A stretch of DNA of 61,357 nucleotides, filler included, from Sluysia triapertura (lineage: Eukaryota): the NCBI GenBank assembly GCA_046118255.1. It is 5 parts of 5 records of this genome, joined end to end, with 100 filler letters (N's around TTAATTAATTAA, not from the genome) between each part and the next. Parts side by side here need not be neighbours in the genome. Positions count along the whole stretch, not along the records: positions 1 to 13,363 come from JBJNIA010044351.1; positions 13,464 to 25,849 come from JBJNIA010114308.1; 3 more parts are not named here. The stretch is one strand, 5' to 3'. Within the stretch, counting starts at the first letter, position 1. The number at the start of each line of letters is the position of its first letter. The notes under the pieces were generated by a model that saw nothing but the letters and a program-made list of their open reading frames with translations, searched no databases and was not told where the DNA came from. Of the stretch, positions 12,280 through 25,949 are shown piece after piece. The position numbers and the translations under genes were made by a program.

Positions 12280-13363
12280 TCAGATTGACAATGCTGTTGA
12301 CTCTTTAAGAAATATTAAGGTAGCTTGACATGAACTGCATTTAATTGGTCGCATATTGTTAGAAAAACTGGATTTATTATTTACTTCTCGTTCTAACGCA
12401 CCAATTCGTTTCTGATAACGATTCACAGAAACAATTGATAAAATTAGTGCTATATTATACGGTGACCAATCAGAACCATTTTTATGACAACTACAACAAT
12501 TACATAAACTGTCATTATTTTGAGTGGAACACATTGTATTCAGTTCACATTTGCCTGTCTCAATAGAACAAATTATATGACTCATTACACATTCAAGACA
12601 AACTCCAATCATTTTACAGTAGCACACATGATACATACTAGCTCGATTAATATTAGTCGAATAACAAACAGAACATTCAAATTCGTCACATTGCGATTGT
12701 AATTCAGTATTACTTGTTATTAATGTCGCAACAATGTCTTGCAATTTGTCAGTAGTGATTAAATTATTTGTCCATTCACAATGATTATTTGTAATGAGAT
12801 ACGTAGCTAAATCTGGTTTCGGAAATAATTTTATTGTTTCACATGAATCAAGTTCTTTTAGAATCATGTAATGAGCACTAGGTTCAGCAATCAATAATTC
12901 TTGTCCTACATTAATCAATCCGTTTAAATGATCAACAAATTTCATCAAACTATTAAATGGTTTATAAATCAAAGATGATAAATCTAATTTTAGGTGTGTA
13001 TTAATTTGAAGTTCAATTTCCAAATCATTCTCGTATTGTAACGTAGTTTGTAATTTCATTACTTTCTTTAAAATTATAAAACACTTTGATATAAGTGTAC
13101 GACTTGGTGTGAGATCCCACATTAAAATATGTAAATCAGGTTCAAACCATGTTTTATATTGAGAAGTTAAAGTAAGTAAATCATCATTAAATATTGATTG
13201 TGAAGTTTGTAACAGAAATGCTGGTAAAATATTTGGTTGAAGATCGACTACAGAACTAAATTTTAACATTGTATCATTTTGATCAATTTCTTCGTTTTCT
13301 ATTGTCAATTTTATTTGCAATTTATTTTCTGGATGTTTTCTTTTTCGTTGTTTCTGTTTCTTC
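12280..13363 (-). CDS. RING/RBR-like E3 ligase fragment (open to contig edge; ends in a truncated IBR-like CxxC)
   Basis: FECSVCY..CYC..VCLECVMSHI RING1-like cysteine pattern, then IKCSSCQATLI and a stop. Confidence 0.55.
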
Positions 13364-13463
13364 NNNNNNNNNNNNNNNNNNNNNNNNNNNNNNNNNNNNN
13401 NNNNNNNTTAATTAATTAANNNNNNNNNNNNNNNNNNNNNNNNNNNNNNNNNNNNNNNNNNNN
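13364..13463. other. Artificial contig linker (N44-TTAATTAATTAA-N44, six-frame stop)
   Basis: Exact 100-bp pattern, repeated 4 times in the window. Confidence 0.99.
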
Positions 13464-14009
13464 TATTTACAATAATAGTTTTTAAATTTAGTAATTTTAT
13501 AATATTAATATATTAAATTTTGTTTTTTAGTAAAATAACTAAAGTATAGCAGTCCAATATTGCTATTTCTCTTTTAATTCCATAAAATAAGAAAGAGGAA
13601 AGATGGCAATAAATTGAGGTATGACTATATTATAAACTTAATAAAACTAAATATAGTAATAGATTTGAAATAATTTTGGACGTATATTTTAAGTAAATTT
13701 ATGAACCAATAAAATGAACAAAGGTTTAAAATTATCTATTTTAATTGTAATCATATTACTATTTATTTCGATCGTCTGAATTTCATTTCAAGTTTTTTAA
13801 TGATATCAGAATTTGGTATACGACTGGATTGTTTTTTATCGCCAAATTTAATTTTTTTTTCGTTGAATATGAAAAAATGTAATGAATCATATTAAAATAT
13901 AAATCATTTTAATTTTTTCTGACTAATAAAATTCTAAAATATGAAAGTTTTCAGGAAAAAATAATAATAATGCAAAATAATCTTTTAAATATTTTAAAAT
14001 TAAATTTAG

Positions 14010-14518
14010 ATGCATGAACAAATACGGCCGCGATTTACTCATTCGGTTTTTTCTATTGATCCTGCGGAAGGTACTGTTTGGCCTCATTCATCCATCGATA
14101 TTACAGTAACCTTTCGACCACCAGAAGCTCGTGAGTATTCAGCAACAGCATTTTTAGATATAACAGGCCGTGAAAATCGACTTTCATTAAAAATGCTCGG
14201 TCGTGGATTGGGACCTCGTGTTGATTTTTCGTTTCATACGTTAGATCTTGGAGTTATTTTTATACATTCTCACCATTCCTACGAATTAATTTTAGCAAAT
14301 AAAGGCGATATAGATGCATTATTTAAAATTGAACCTTTAGAAACGGCCAGTAAGGCTGTGGAATGTTTTACTTTTGTACCAGATGATGGCATTGTAAGTC
14401 CCGGTGGTCATCAAGCTGTCAGCATACGATTCCATAGTGATTCATATCTAGGTATTTTTGATGAACCCTTTCAGATACGTATGGATGGATGCATTGAAGC
14501 TTCAGAAATAAGATTCAA
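14010..14518 (+). CDS. HYDIN: HYDIN internal exon 1 of 10 in window
   Basis: FSIDPAEGTVWPHSSIDITVTFRP..DITGRENRLSL..GLGP..NKGDIDALF matches HYDIN ASH/Ig-like domains; ag/gtgagt boundaries. Confidence 0.93.
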
Positions 14519-15227
14519 GTGAGTTTTAATTTGCGTACATGAAACATTATCTTTTTTAAAATAATTTATTACAAACGAACTATTAAAGTTTGAGAAATCC
14601 ATTGACATATTTGAACAAGTCTAAAATCAAAATACATAATTAATATGACTTTGATTAATTGCGTCGTTCCCCGATCAAATGCAATGTTTAGTAAACTTAC
14701 AATGAATTAAAAATTAAATTATGGTAAGTGATTCTTGAAGCCATCGAATTTTAGAGTTTCTTTTCTGGTCAATTTGTCCATTAATTAACATTTGACCCAA
14801 TATGCTTAAAATAAAGATATTCTATAATAAAGAAGAATAACAATTCAGAGATGAATTCAATTATTAAGTACAATGATCAATTAATAACAATAATTAGTAT
14901 TAGAAATTATGAATGATAAAAAGATTTATCCAGCGGAAGGGGTTAAAGACGTTTCTTGTGATTTGTTTTGAACACACTTAAATGTTTAACTTTTGAATTA
15001 ATAAGTTAAGAAATTATTATGTGCTCTTATTAAATATAATGGTTTTGTGCCTTCTTATACTTTTAAATATTCATTTCACTCGAATAAGGATTAAAATGTT
15101 AAGAGAAGATAGTAAAGTTTGGAGTGGTAATAAAAATTAAGGATATAAACATGACATTTGGAATTATTGAATTACTTTTAATTTGTGAATGTTTTAAATA
15201 GAAACCAAATTATATGGATATTTAGTA

Positions 15228-16683
15228 AGGTGGACGACAGATATGTAACAAAAGTAGTTTTTTTAATGCATAATTATAAAAAAAATAATATAATTTATAA
15301 TGATTTACTCTTTAATTTGAATATGACAAAAACATTTAATTATCACATAAACGGCATTTTAGGGCGTGACAGAAATATAACAACATTTAGTTTAATAATT
15401 AATTAACTTTAAAATTAAAATTTTTAATAGCCAATAAAGTCACCATTTTTATTTAAGACTTCAATAAGTCTTTTAGGCATTGAGCTCACTAGATTTTTCA
15501 TCTCAAGGCTGATTTCTTCCAAAGCAGAAAGAATTGCTGCTTTCAAATCCTTTACATTGTCAAATTGGCATCAATACGGGTAAATCTTCCGAACGAGTAA
15601 ACTCCAGGGGTTCTCAATGGGGTTTAAGTCAGGGCTACAAGATGGCCAACTCAAAACCCGAATTTGATTATTTTCAAACCATTTAGTTGTCTCCGCGGAG
15701 CAATGGATTGAACAATTGTCTTGGAAGATCCAGTGTCAGTCTCCCATTTGACCTGTGACGGGGATGAGGAAGTCACTGAGTGTTTGAATATACTTATGTG
15801 AGTTTTGTATACTGTCTAAGAACACAATTTATGTTTTCCAATTCTAACCAAAGGTTGCCCAGACCATCACCGAACCACCTCCGAATCCACGCTTTCAGGT
15901 CATGCCAGTAAAACTGGCATCCATCGGGGCCATCAAGATTAAGAATATAATTTGATGCCATTTTAAAATCCATGATAAGTATAATTGTGCCGACTTGTGC
16001 GCTGCTATGAATTTTGGTTTGGAATTCCTCTTCTCATATCTTAAGCATTGGTAGTTGCCTACAACCTTTTTGACTGTTCTTATTGAACAAAGAAGCTGAT
16101 GGAGACATATTTTTGCCAGTGACGTCACGAATAATGCTCATTTTTTCTCTCGGTGTCAACTTTGGTTTCCGCCCTCTTCTTATTTTCTTGCCATAATTCT
16201 CGGGATCTTGAAGAAATCGAATGATTGTGCTTTCATTTCTCTTAATGTAACGTCAAATTTCTCTTATTCCCAAATTTTCTATAGGCCAAAATTTGTCCAA
16301 TTTCAATAGGCAATCATTGTTTCCCCTTTGGCATCTTAAAATAATTTTATTTGTCAACATTTTTAATTAAATATATAATAACTAACAAAAACATTATTTA
16401 AATAGAATATATTAAATAAAATTAATTACCTTTGATTGACTAAAATTGACTAATTAATTAATTAATGTATTAAAGTTTAGAATGGTGTTGTTATAATTTT
16501 GTCACATGTAAAAGTCACGTTTTATTTTTTAATTCAAATATGGCGCAGTAATTAGGTATTTATTTTAATAATATTTTACTTGTTTTCATATATGCTTTTA
16601 ATAATAACATCAGAAATAAATATCATTAATAATTAATTAAAATAAAACAAAAACTACAGTTTTTATATATCTGTCGTCCACCT
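15228..16683 (-). mobile_element. Tc1/mariner (Tc3-like) DNA transposon, defective, in a HYDIN intron
   Basis: TA|AGGTGGACGACAGATAT ... ATATCTGTCGTCCACCT|TA terminal inverted repeats with TA TSD. Confidence 0.93.
15424..16335 (-). pseudogene. Tc3-like transposase pseudogene
   Basis: MPKGK..GRKPKLTPRE, GGGSVMVW, WIFQDN, WPSCSPDLNPIEN, SMPKRL; multiple stops and frameshifts. Confidence 0.92.
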
Positions 16684-18019
16684 TAGATACATGCACTTTT
16701 ATTTTATTTCGTTTAGTATTCTTACGATTTGTACGTTTTATAGGTCATATATTTCGATGATTGTAACTCTTAAAGGCAATTAAAATAATACAATTATTAT
16801 TATTATCATTATTATAATATTTATTATTATTACTATTATTATAATTATAATAATAATAATTATTATTATTATAATTATATTATTATTTTTTTTATTATTA
16901 AATGCCTGAATTGAAATAAAATGTACAAAAATTATTTTATTCAAAAGTATAGAATAAAATTAATTTTTAAAATAAAATATTAGAGAAATTAAAATAGTTA
17001 ATTTAATTTTATTTTTTACAATATTAAAATAATATAAATGAATTTTTAAAAATTAACAACACCTTTGAAATAATCAATAGTGTAAAAAATGAAATTATAA
17101 AAATATTTTAAACGATCTTATTCTTTACAAATATTTATTTTCTAAATGTCACACTTACATTTTTAATCAAATTCATTTTATTTGTTTTTTATTGAGTTTT
17201 CATTAGGTCAATGATTCCTGATAATTTAACTCTATTTTATTATTTTAATTATATTTTATTTTGATTATTACCGTTTTAATTATTTTTTCATAATTTTCCT
17301 TTTTGTTAAATTACTTTTTTCGGAATTTTTAATAAATTTTTGAAAACATTTTTAAAACTTATAACGATTTTTGTGTAAGTTGAATATTTATATCTATGTT
17401 AACGAAATGTATGGTTTGTTTTAATATCATATTTTAATTAATAAAATTCGTAATTAAATATAAATAAGTAGTACAGAGAAAAAAATATATATTCAAAAAA
17501 ATTAACTAATATGTGGAAAAATGAATTACACGATGGACTAAGAAGTTTAATAGTTGAATAATTTTTGTGTTAATGAAGGGAATGCTAGTAGAAGAAGAAA
17601 AACTATCCAAACTTATCGATAAGAAATACAGTTGCATCCATTCATAAGTTATAATATATATACCTTAATAATAATACTTCAAAAAATGGATCGAAGAAAT
17701 AAATTAAATTAAATTAATTAAAACTAAATTAAAACACGACTAAGAATTATACCCAAAACACTTCTGACAGTTCAGAATAAATAATAAGTAATTTTCTTTG
17801 GAAAAACCCTCTAAACTTTGATCTGTTGAATAATTTTCTACAATAGTAGCATTACTTATTACAATATCATTCATAATATGATTACACAAAAAATATCTAT
17901 TCAAAAATTTCTAAATTTAAGCAAAATATTAAATTGTTAAATATATTGATATATTATTCATTTTGTAATTGAAATCTTACATTATCACGGAGTAATTATT
18001 GATTAATATATGTATTAAG

Positions 18020-18087
18020 AGGAACAGTCATTGCACCAACGTTCAATTTCAATGTAGTAAAAATACGTTTCGGTCGTGTATCTCTTG
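18020..18087 (+). CDS. HYDIN: HYDIN exon 2
   Basis: GTVIAPTFNFNVVKIRFGRVSL(G); phase compatible with both neighbours. Confidence 0.9.
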
Positions 18088-18143
18088 GTATGTGTTAATT
18101 ATTAATGAAGATTAATGTTTTAAATTTTGTAAATATAATTTAG

Positions 18144-18435
18144 GATTTCCAAGTAGTCAAGAAGTAATATTGAGAAATACTAGTTTAGTATGTCTGAAGT
18201 ATAGACTAAGTGTGAATCAAGACAGTGTCAGTGATAAATCTGATGAATTAAGTCGGGTTGATAGCATAGCACGTCAATTTCAAATAAGTCCTAATGAAGG
18301 TATTGTATCGGAACAGTCCAGTACCACTATAAAAATAACTTTGACAGGAACAAAATTAGGCAAATTATCTACTTGGATCTTAGTACACATAGTTGATGTA
18401 CCGGACAGTGGAATGCAAATACCACTTTCTGCTCA
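18144..18435 (+). CDS. HYDIN: HYDIN exon 3
   Basis: FPSSQEVILRNTSLV..FQISPNEGIV; ag/gt boundaries. Confidence 0.9.
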
Positions 18436-18889
18436 GTTAGTATTTGTAATAAATTCATATTTTTCGATAATACTAAATATATTTTTGTAAAAATATGATG
18501 ATTTTAAACATATTTGTGTTTAATTTACTTCCATTTTAGTATAGCACATATAATATCGCCGATCAGATACCCATTGGCCTGGATCATTTTGCGTCAAATA
18601 TTTATAATTCCATATAGAACGAATGTGTTTTCATTACACTAGCTCACTCTGAATAACAACAATGAAAAAAAGGGAATTATTGTGATCCATCCGCATTGTG
18701 TTAAGATACTAAAAATAGAATTTAACATTAAAACATCAAAACTGCTTTGTTGCATGTTATAATAAATTATACTGATGACTAAAATATAAGTGATATTTGA
18801 AAATGTAAATTTTTACAAATTTAATTAATTGTTTAGCTGAAATAATTATTGTAAGATATGTTGAATTAGAATATATTGAATATATATGA

Positions 18890-18899
18890 ACAACAATAA

Positions 18900-18972
<73 letters not shown>
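18890..18972. repeat. (AAT)n followed by (TTA)n microsatellite
   Basis: Seen directly; gives the spurious poly-I/poly-L ORF. Confidence 0.95.
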
Positions 18973-18975
<3 letters not shown>

Positions 18976-19183
18976 TTATTAATATTAATAACAATATTAA
19001 AGCTTTTACTTTATTTGAATCTTAAAAGATGTATAACATTAAATTATGTTTTAATTAAAATTTATTTGAGAAATTCATTTAAATTTTTCTTTGAAATTCT
19101 TAACTTTTAATTTTCTTTAACCATTTTATATTAAAAGCTTAGTATATAATGATTATATTCTTATAATTATCATTATATTTTAG

Positions 19184-19364
19184 TATTGCAGTACCAGAAA
19201 TTAAATTAGACCGGAATTTAATCGACTTTCGGCGATGTTTCTTACGTCACAAAAGGGTAGAAGATATTGTTCTAATAAATGATACTGACTTACCAGCTCG
19301 TTATGAGCTCGTTTTGCAAGATAATGACATGAACAATATATCATATCGAAGCTCGGAATCTAAA
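19184..19364 (+). CDS. HYDIN: HYDIN exon 4
   Basis: IAVPEIKLDRNLIDFRRCFL..NDTDLPARYE; in phase. Confidence 0.9.
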
Positions 19365-21137
19365 GTAATAATGAAAAATTTTTCTTATGAAAATAAATTC
19401 GTTATAATTTAATAATATTAATTATTATTAATATTATAAATTACTATTTCAAATTGTTTTATTTTTTCATAGAAATAGAGCAAATTAATAATTAATAAAC
19501 ATTTTTTAAGTCTAATAAATCAAAAATATTTCGATAAACATTTTTTAAATATAGTTTCTTTTTTATTTTCATTTTCAAATTCAATAATCGATTGAGTATT
19601 TAATATTTAATGTGGTATTTAATAGAGCATTATAGAAACATTGCAGTTTTAATTATTTGTCATTTAAACATTCATTAAAATAGGTTTTAAATCAAATTTA
19701 ATGATAAAAAAATATGCTTAATAAGTTTGTACAACACTTTCAATTCGAATTAAGTTTTATTTATTTAACGATAAAACAATTTATACAAAAAAACAAATAT
19801 TTTTATATTTCCAGATTTCTATTTCTATACTTATTCTATTTAATGTCTTTTTATTGAAGCTGAATTGTTAATATAATTTTACGTAATAATTTCCTGGAAA
19901 AATGATTATTCATTGAGTGTGCAACTTACTATTAAAATGTGTCAGAGAAAAATGCAATTCAGTGGATATTAGGCATGCACTTTTCTTAAACTTTTATATT
20001 TTTATAGATATTTTATTTATTCTATTTGTTCAAAATATCTAACTGTTAGATATTAGATACATTTGTTGCAATGTATTTTTCATCATAGAAGTATTATATA
20101 ATCATACAACATTAATTTCTGATAACAAAGATATTTCAAAATTTAGATAAGAAGTTAATTCTAAAATTAAATTAATAAAAAGTTTAGCATTCCGTCTACA
20201 CCAAAATAAGTATGTATAAATTGCATACCATAGAAGTCCATTAAACCCATAAAATAACAAAGTTAATAAAACAGATTTATTTAAGTCAGAAAGTCAAAAC
20301 AATTTTCATGTAACATATTGCACCTGACTGGTAGGCGGATAATTTGAATAATAAGGCAAAATATAAAATTAACTTTGATTTAACATCTAGAGTGACAGTT
20401 TAAATATTTAATTTCAATTTACATACTAGAATATATTTTAAATATTGCACTTATGACATAATGGATATAAGTGATACGAAATTCTGACAATATTGTTCTA
20501 CTTAGAAGTAAAATTTCAAATATGCGCCATACTGCTTAATTTATCTTATGTAACTGTAAACCAATGACAACTAATTGTAGAGTTGTACTTTTAATTATTT
20601 ATTGTTTGTTATATATTGTTTTCATTATTTTGTCTACTTTTTTCATTATATAATTAATTTCAATCACGTGATATAAATGATTTTACTATGTGTATTTTAG
20701 TAATAATATGACAAATATCATCTACATATTAGTTATTTTCTTACTATATTAAAATTGATTTATTTGTCTATTATTTTTTAGTTATATGTATATCTGATTA
20801 TGTCTGTTAGCATTTATATTTTCATTTCCATTTTACTAAAATCACATATTTTCCATATTTTTGTTAATTTTATTTTATTTTTCAAGCAGTATTTTCGAAA
20901 TATTTCTTGCATTACTTAAAAATAAACATATAATGCTTATAAATTTTAAATTTTAAATTTTATTTTAAATGTTTAATTTAATTCAATTTAAACAAATAAT
21001 ATTCTACACATTCTAGTGACGTTTTAAAAGACAATAAATGGTTACTAGATAAATACTTTGTATATAATTAATAAAATTATGGCTATAATTAAGAACTACT
21101 TTTATTATCACATATGTACACTGTTATTTTTATTTAG

Positions 21138-21254
21138 GGTATACTAGAACCACAATCTGAAAAGATTGTACCTATTGAAATCAAAGCTTTAACAATTGGG
21201 GAAATTAATACAAATATTAGATTTAAAATAATCGGCTCGAAATTGGAACCATTA
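21138..21254 (+). CDS. HYDIN: HYDIN exon 5
   Basis: GILEPQSEKIVPIEIKALTIGE..IIGSKLEPL; 117 nt, phase 0-0. Confidence 0.9.
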
Positions 21255-21976
21255 GTTAGTGTATATAAAAATTTAAAATTATAAATGTGTTTGTGAATAT
21301 TATTTTCGTAGAATTAATATTTGCTTATTTTGACTCCCACATTAATTTTATGCATATTCGCCCGACATAAATCCGCGTCACATCTTACAGGAATTCATCA
21401 ATATCAGATAAACGAAACGTCAATTAATGATTTGAACGAGTTGAAGCAAAAAAAGTGAGCAGAAAATTAAGGAAATCCAGCCAGAAATTCTTGAAAGAAC
21501 CATCAAGTCATATGAAGATCGACTCAGACGGAAAAGACTTTAAGAACCTTCCTTAATTATTTTCAATGAATTTTTCTTAAAATAAAATGTTTCATATTTG
21601 TTGAATAATTTGTTTTCTATTTGTTTTAGACTATTAGTTTTATAGAAAAAAGTTCTGTCGGTTGATAAATAATTCAACTCGAAATTTGGACTTACGAATA
21701 AATTTTTGTTGAGTTATATTTACATGAAGGAACTCTGAAAATTTTTTCTTTAGTATTTTTGTCTTATTCTAAATTTTCACTTTTTACGGAAATTATCTTT
21801 TGCGATAACCTTGTATATCAATGAGATGTATGTCCAGTGGTATGCGATTGATTACAGTTTGATATTAATTCTATGTTGTGTACCTAAATGAAAAATTCAA
21901 AAATAATCTATGTTTAATTAAAATAGTTTATTTAATTATTAATTATAATTAGTAAATTAATTATGCACATCTACAG

Positions 21977-22129
21977 ATATTATACATAAAATGCGTTGGA
22001 GAAGGGCCGGTTTTGAATCTTGACAAAACAAGTTTAAATTGGGGTACAATTCCAGTATTAGAAGATAAATATCAGATTTTAACAATGTCAAATGAATCAG
22101 ATATTGTGGCTCATTTTAGTACTAATGTG
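21977..22129 (+). CDS. HYDIN: HYDIN exon 6
   Basis: ILYIKCVGEGPV..WGTIPVL..SNESDIVAHF; 153 nt. Confidence 0.9.
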
Positions 22130-24402
22130 GTTAGTATTATTTATTACCGTAGTTCATGTAGTAATACTTTTAAGGTCTTTTATGTACTTAAAGAAACTTT
22201 TTAGAAAACTTTCTTTTAACCAATCATTAAGTTCATCATTAGCTTCTGCACAAAACATTAATATATTAATTGATTTTCATTCAGTTGATTAATATTGAAA
22301 GAAGTAAATTTAATATTATTAATAATTGATTTTAATTTGAGTATTGAATTCGTGTTCAAAAAAAGAAAGTTCAGATTTCATAAAATTATGATAAAATTCA
22401 TTAACAAGTTATATATTAACCTTGCACAGGTGGTGTGTGTCTCGTATACAAGTTACAACTAAATGTCACACATACGCACATAACTGAAACTAACCGCAAA
22501 ACCAATGCAGCGTCTCATTAGTAATATACTCATGTCTAGCTAAACCTGACCTTCAAGCAATATGTCCAATGCTTGTACCGTGACCTCCGCAGGTTTAAAA
22601 CTTAAAGTTCCGACTACTTCTTTGGAAACATTACGTACACCGTAGGCACTCCTAAACAAAACATCATTTTTATCATATTTTACACGATTTTAATAAATAG
22701 AATAAACTTTTTTGCTTTTACCGCTAGTCTACAAAGCCTGCGTTAATTCGGTGCCAGCGCTTTAAGTGTTAATACAACTTGACATAAATGAAATATTAAA
22801 AAAAATAATAAAAAATGAATAAAAAACTAAATAATTCATTGCATTTAATTTTTTAATCTTTACATTTCATTTCGTCAATAAAAATGTCATTTTGTTTAGA
22901 CAGCTGCAAAATTTAATAATTTTATTACTTTTTATATTTATAATAATTGTATAAAATATATAAATAAAATACAAAATTATTTATAACTTTACGAAATTTA
23001 ATATCATTGTACTTCAATAACTCGAATTATCGTAAATATTATGAACGTTTAAAAATGCGACGGATAAATTTTATTAATGTGAATGTTTCAAATTCTGAAA
23101 TAAATGAAACACGTAATACACTAAAATACATTTGGCAACAAACAATATTGATTTATAAATACACATACATTTAAAGAGTCTGCATGTATTAATATAATGA
23201 TAATTTCATTCAGTTTTTTTTCAAAATACCAATAAATTTTCATGCCTTTATTTTGCAAATTATTTCTGGTGATGTATTTTCACTAATAAACAAAAAAAAT
23301 TGGTACTTAATGGGTCAACAAAAACAATCTTAAAATAAAGTTTTAAAAATAAGTAGCAAAGCTCACGAATAGAATGGTGAACCCGGAGGAACTACAAGGA
23401 ACCATGATTTTAATTAAACAATAAAAAAGGAATAAGAAATACAAATACAAACCAATATATAACTACTAAATAAATGTATAAATCTGTGTAAATAAATTCT
23501 AATATGGCCAAACAAATAATGCTGATTATGTCAATTTTGTTATCTTATAGCGATAATATAATGTAATACCAAATAAATGTAAATAGATGTGTAAATATTC
23601 GTTAAATCAATATGATAATAAAATTATTTCATATACGAAATTAATTGAATTATCACATTAATACATATTTTGAAATAATATATATGATACCAACTGTCGA
23701 AAGAAATTGGCCATAGAATAGAATTTACTATTATAAACAAATTATAATAATTGATCATAGATTTGGTAACTGTCAAAAACTCGATTAACGCAAGTATATA
23801 TTCTATTAGGATAGTGATTTATGTAAAAAGTTTTTCGATTCCATATTTACATTTGTAATTTGTATCTCATTTTGAGTTTTGTGTCTATTTCGTTATTATT
23901 TTACATACATTAGTTTCAGCTTCATCTCTGCTACTGTTACTGATCATCTTAATAATAAACAATTAAACATATACAATGTCAAAAATAGGTAAATCTTATT
24001 TGACAAGCATCACATAAAGGCTGTACGCAAATCTATAAAAAAGGTGAATTATAAATTATAATTATAAAAATTATATTCACAAATATTTAAATATTTTCGA
24101 AGAAAGTATTATTCAAATTCATATGAAAATATGCAAATTAAATGATCCCCCAAAATATTTTGGATTTAATTTTTGTAAGAAATTAAAAATTAGAAAGTGG
24201 TACTTAAAATACACACGAAATATTGTATTAGTATTTATTTTCTTTCTATGTTGCACTCATTACTTAATGAACCTATTTAATGAATAATCAAACAGAAAGA
24301 TTCGATTAAATCTTTTTATTTATTATTTATTTATTAACAAGTTTATTCAAATCTAAAAATGTATTTATTTAATTAAGCAAAATTAACTAATTCTAATTAT
24401 AG

Positions 24403-24780
24403 ACGAAATATCCTGATTCTATGTTCAAAATAAATCCTGAATCGGGTACATTAGAGGCTCATCAAACGTTAGAATTACGCGTGGTAGCTCATTTAATGGA
24501 TTCGTTAAAATTTTGCGATGAACTTAACATTTATATTAAAGAAGGCCGAAATCTGGTAGTAAGTTTAATTGCACTTGGTCAAGGTACTACAATTGCTTTT
24601 GAACCACCTCTCCCTATTACTGGAGGATGTTGGCGCATAGAAGATCATTTTAGTAAACGATTATTAGAAGAACAAGTACAAATAATTAACAGAGGCAGGC
24701 GTCATCAGCAGCTAGTATGGTCTAATGAAGGATATTCTTATAGTAAGGCTATAAGGCAAGCAGCTGGAGTTGGAGGCAAA
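24403..24780 (+). CDS. HYDIN: HYDIN exon 7
   Basis: FKINPESG..GQGTTI..HFS..INRGRRHQQLVW; 378 nt. Confidence 0.9.
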
Positions 24781-24832
24781 GTTAGAATTTATATGATATA
24801 TGGTTTTATAATTATAATTATTATTTTTTAAG

Positions 24833-24933
24833 GGTCCTAAAATGTCTGCTCCAATTTTGACAGTTCATCCACATAGATTCGATTTAAGTCCTGGAGAATC
24901 AGCTTATATGTACATTCGCGGAATTGTTGATTT
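24833..24933 (+). CDS. HYDIN: HYDIN exon 8
   Basis: PILTVHPHRFDLSPGES; follows a 52-nt intron. Confidence 0.88.
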
Positions 24934-25023
24934 GTAATTTATTGATTTATTTAATTCATGTTTAAAGTTTTCGATTAATAAAATAGTAATACAGAATAGA
25001 AATATTGTATATTTATATTTCAG

Positions 25024-25174
25024 ACCACAATTAGTGACAGAGAAATTGTTGTGTCATGCAATAATTGGTAAGCAGGGCGGAAAAGAATTAATTAAAAAAC
25101 TTGAATTACAAGTAAATTTTATATCACCGGTTATGGAATATTCACAACAAAGTTTACATTTTCGAATTGACAAA
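25024..25174 (+). CDS. HYDIN: HYDIN exon 9
   Basis: PQLVTEKLLCHAIIGKQGGK..FISP..FRIDK. Confidence 0.9.
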
Positions 25175-25214
25175 GTAAGCTTGGAGTTACTGTTAAATCA
25201 ATGATGATTTCTAG

Positions 25215-25352
25215 ACAATTCATAACGAATTTGAAGTATTACGAAAAAGTTTTTCATTAGCTAATACTTCTGGATTACCAGTAACTTGTACACTTAGTGT
25301 GTGTGAACCATTCACATTGCTAGATGATAATGGAATCTCTACTAAAATTATG
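25215..25352 (+). CDS. HYDIN: HYDIN exon 10
   Basis: LANTSGLPVTCTLSVCEPF; follows a 40-nt intron. Confidence 0.88.
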
Positions 25353-25849
25353 GTATTTATATTTTTAAATTTCCTATTTTATTAACAAATTCAATTTTTA
25401 ATAAGTTTTATTAAGAAAAATTATGTGGCTGTGATTTCAATTTGGATAGAAAGGGTGATTGAAGATGTTACTGAAAAATTGTACATCTCCAATCAATATA
25501 ATATCTGTCAAGTTTTTCTACAAAATTCTATAAATTGACATAACCACTTAAAACACGTATTTAGTCATAATATTTCTAAAATAGAAACAACGCTGTCTTC
25601 TTTTTAAGTAATTCATAATCTTTCAATGATTTGATATTCTCTGATACTTATATGTAGATTTTTAAAGCTTAAACAAAGGCATTAAACAAAGATATTCAAG
25701 ACTTAGTGGTTTGGTAATTTAGTTTTGATATTATTAAAAAATGTTTTGTATTTATCCATTATTGAAATAATGTAACTGTCATTTATTTATTTCATTTTCA
25801 ATATTTATCATGTAAATAAGATCTTTAAAATTTAAAAGATTAAAATAAT

Positions 25850-25949
25850 NNNNNNNNNNNNNNNNNNNNNNNNNNNNNNNNNNNNNNNNNNNNTTAATTA
25901 ATTAANNNNNNNNNNNNNNNNNNNNNNNNNNNNNNNNNNNNNNNNNNNN
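25850..25949. other. Artificial contig linker
   Basis: Same 100-bp N/TTAATTAATTAA/N pattern. Confidence 0.99.

Noticed and set aside
16670-16685. Tc3 TIR end GTCCACCT resembles the TCCACCT of the hairpin motif
   Set aside because: Only 7-8 nt, with no downstream hairpin; likely chance.
18886-19110. Poly-Ile/Leu ORF (also the poly-Asn ORF 28037-28282)
   Set aside because: Microsatellite translations inside introns.
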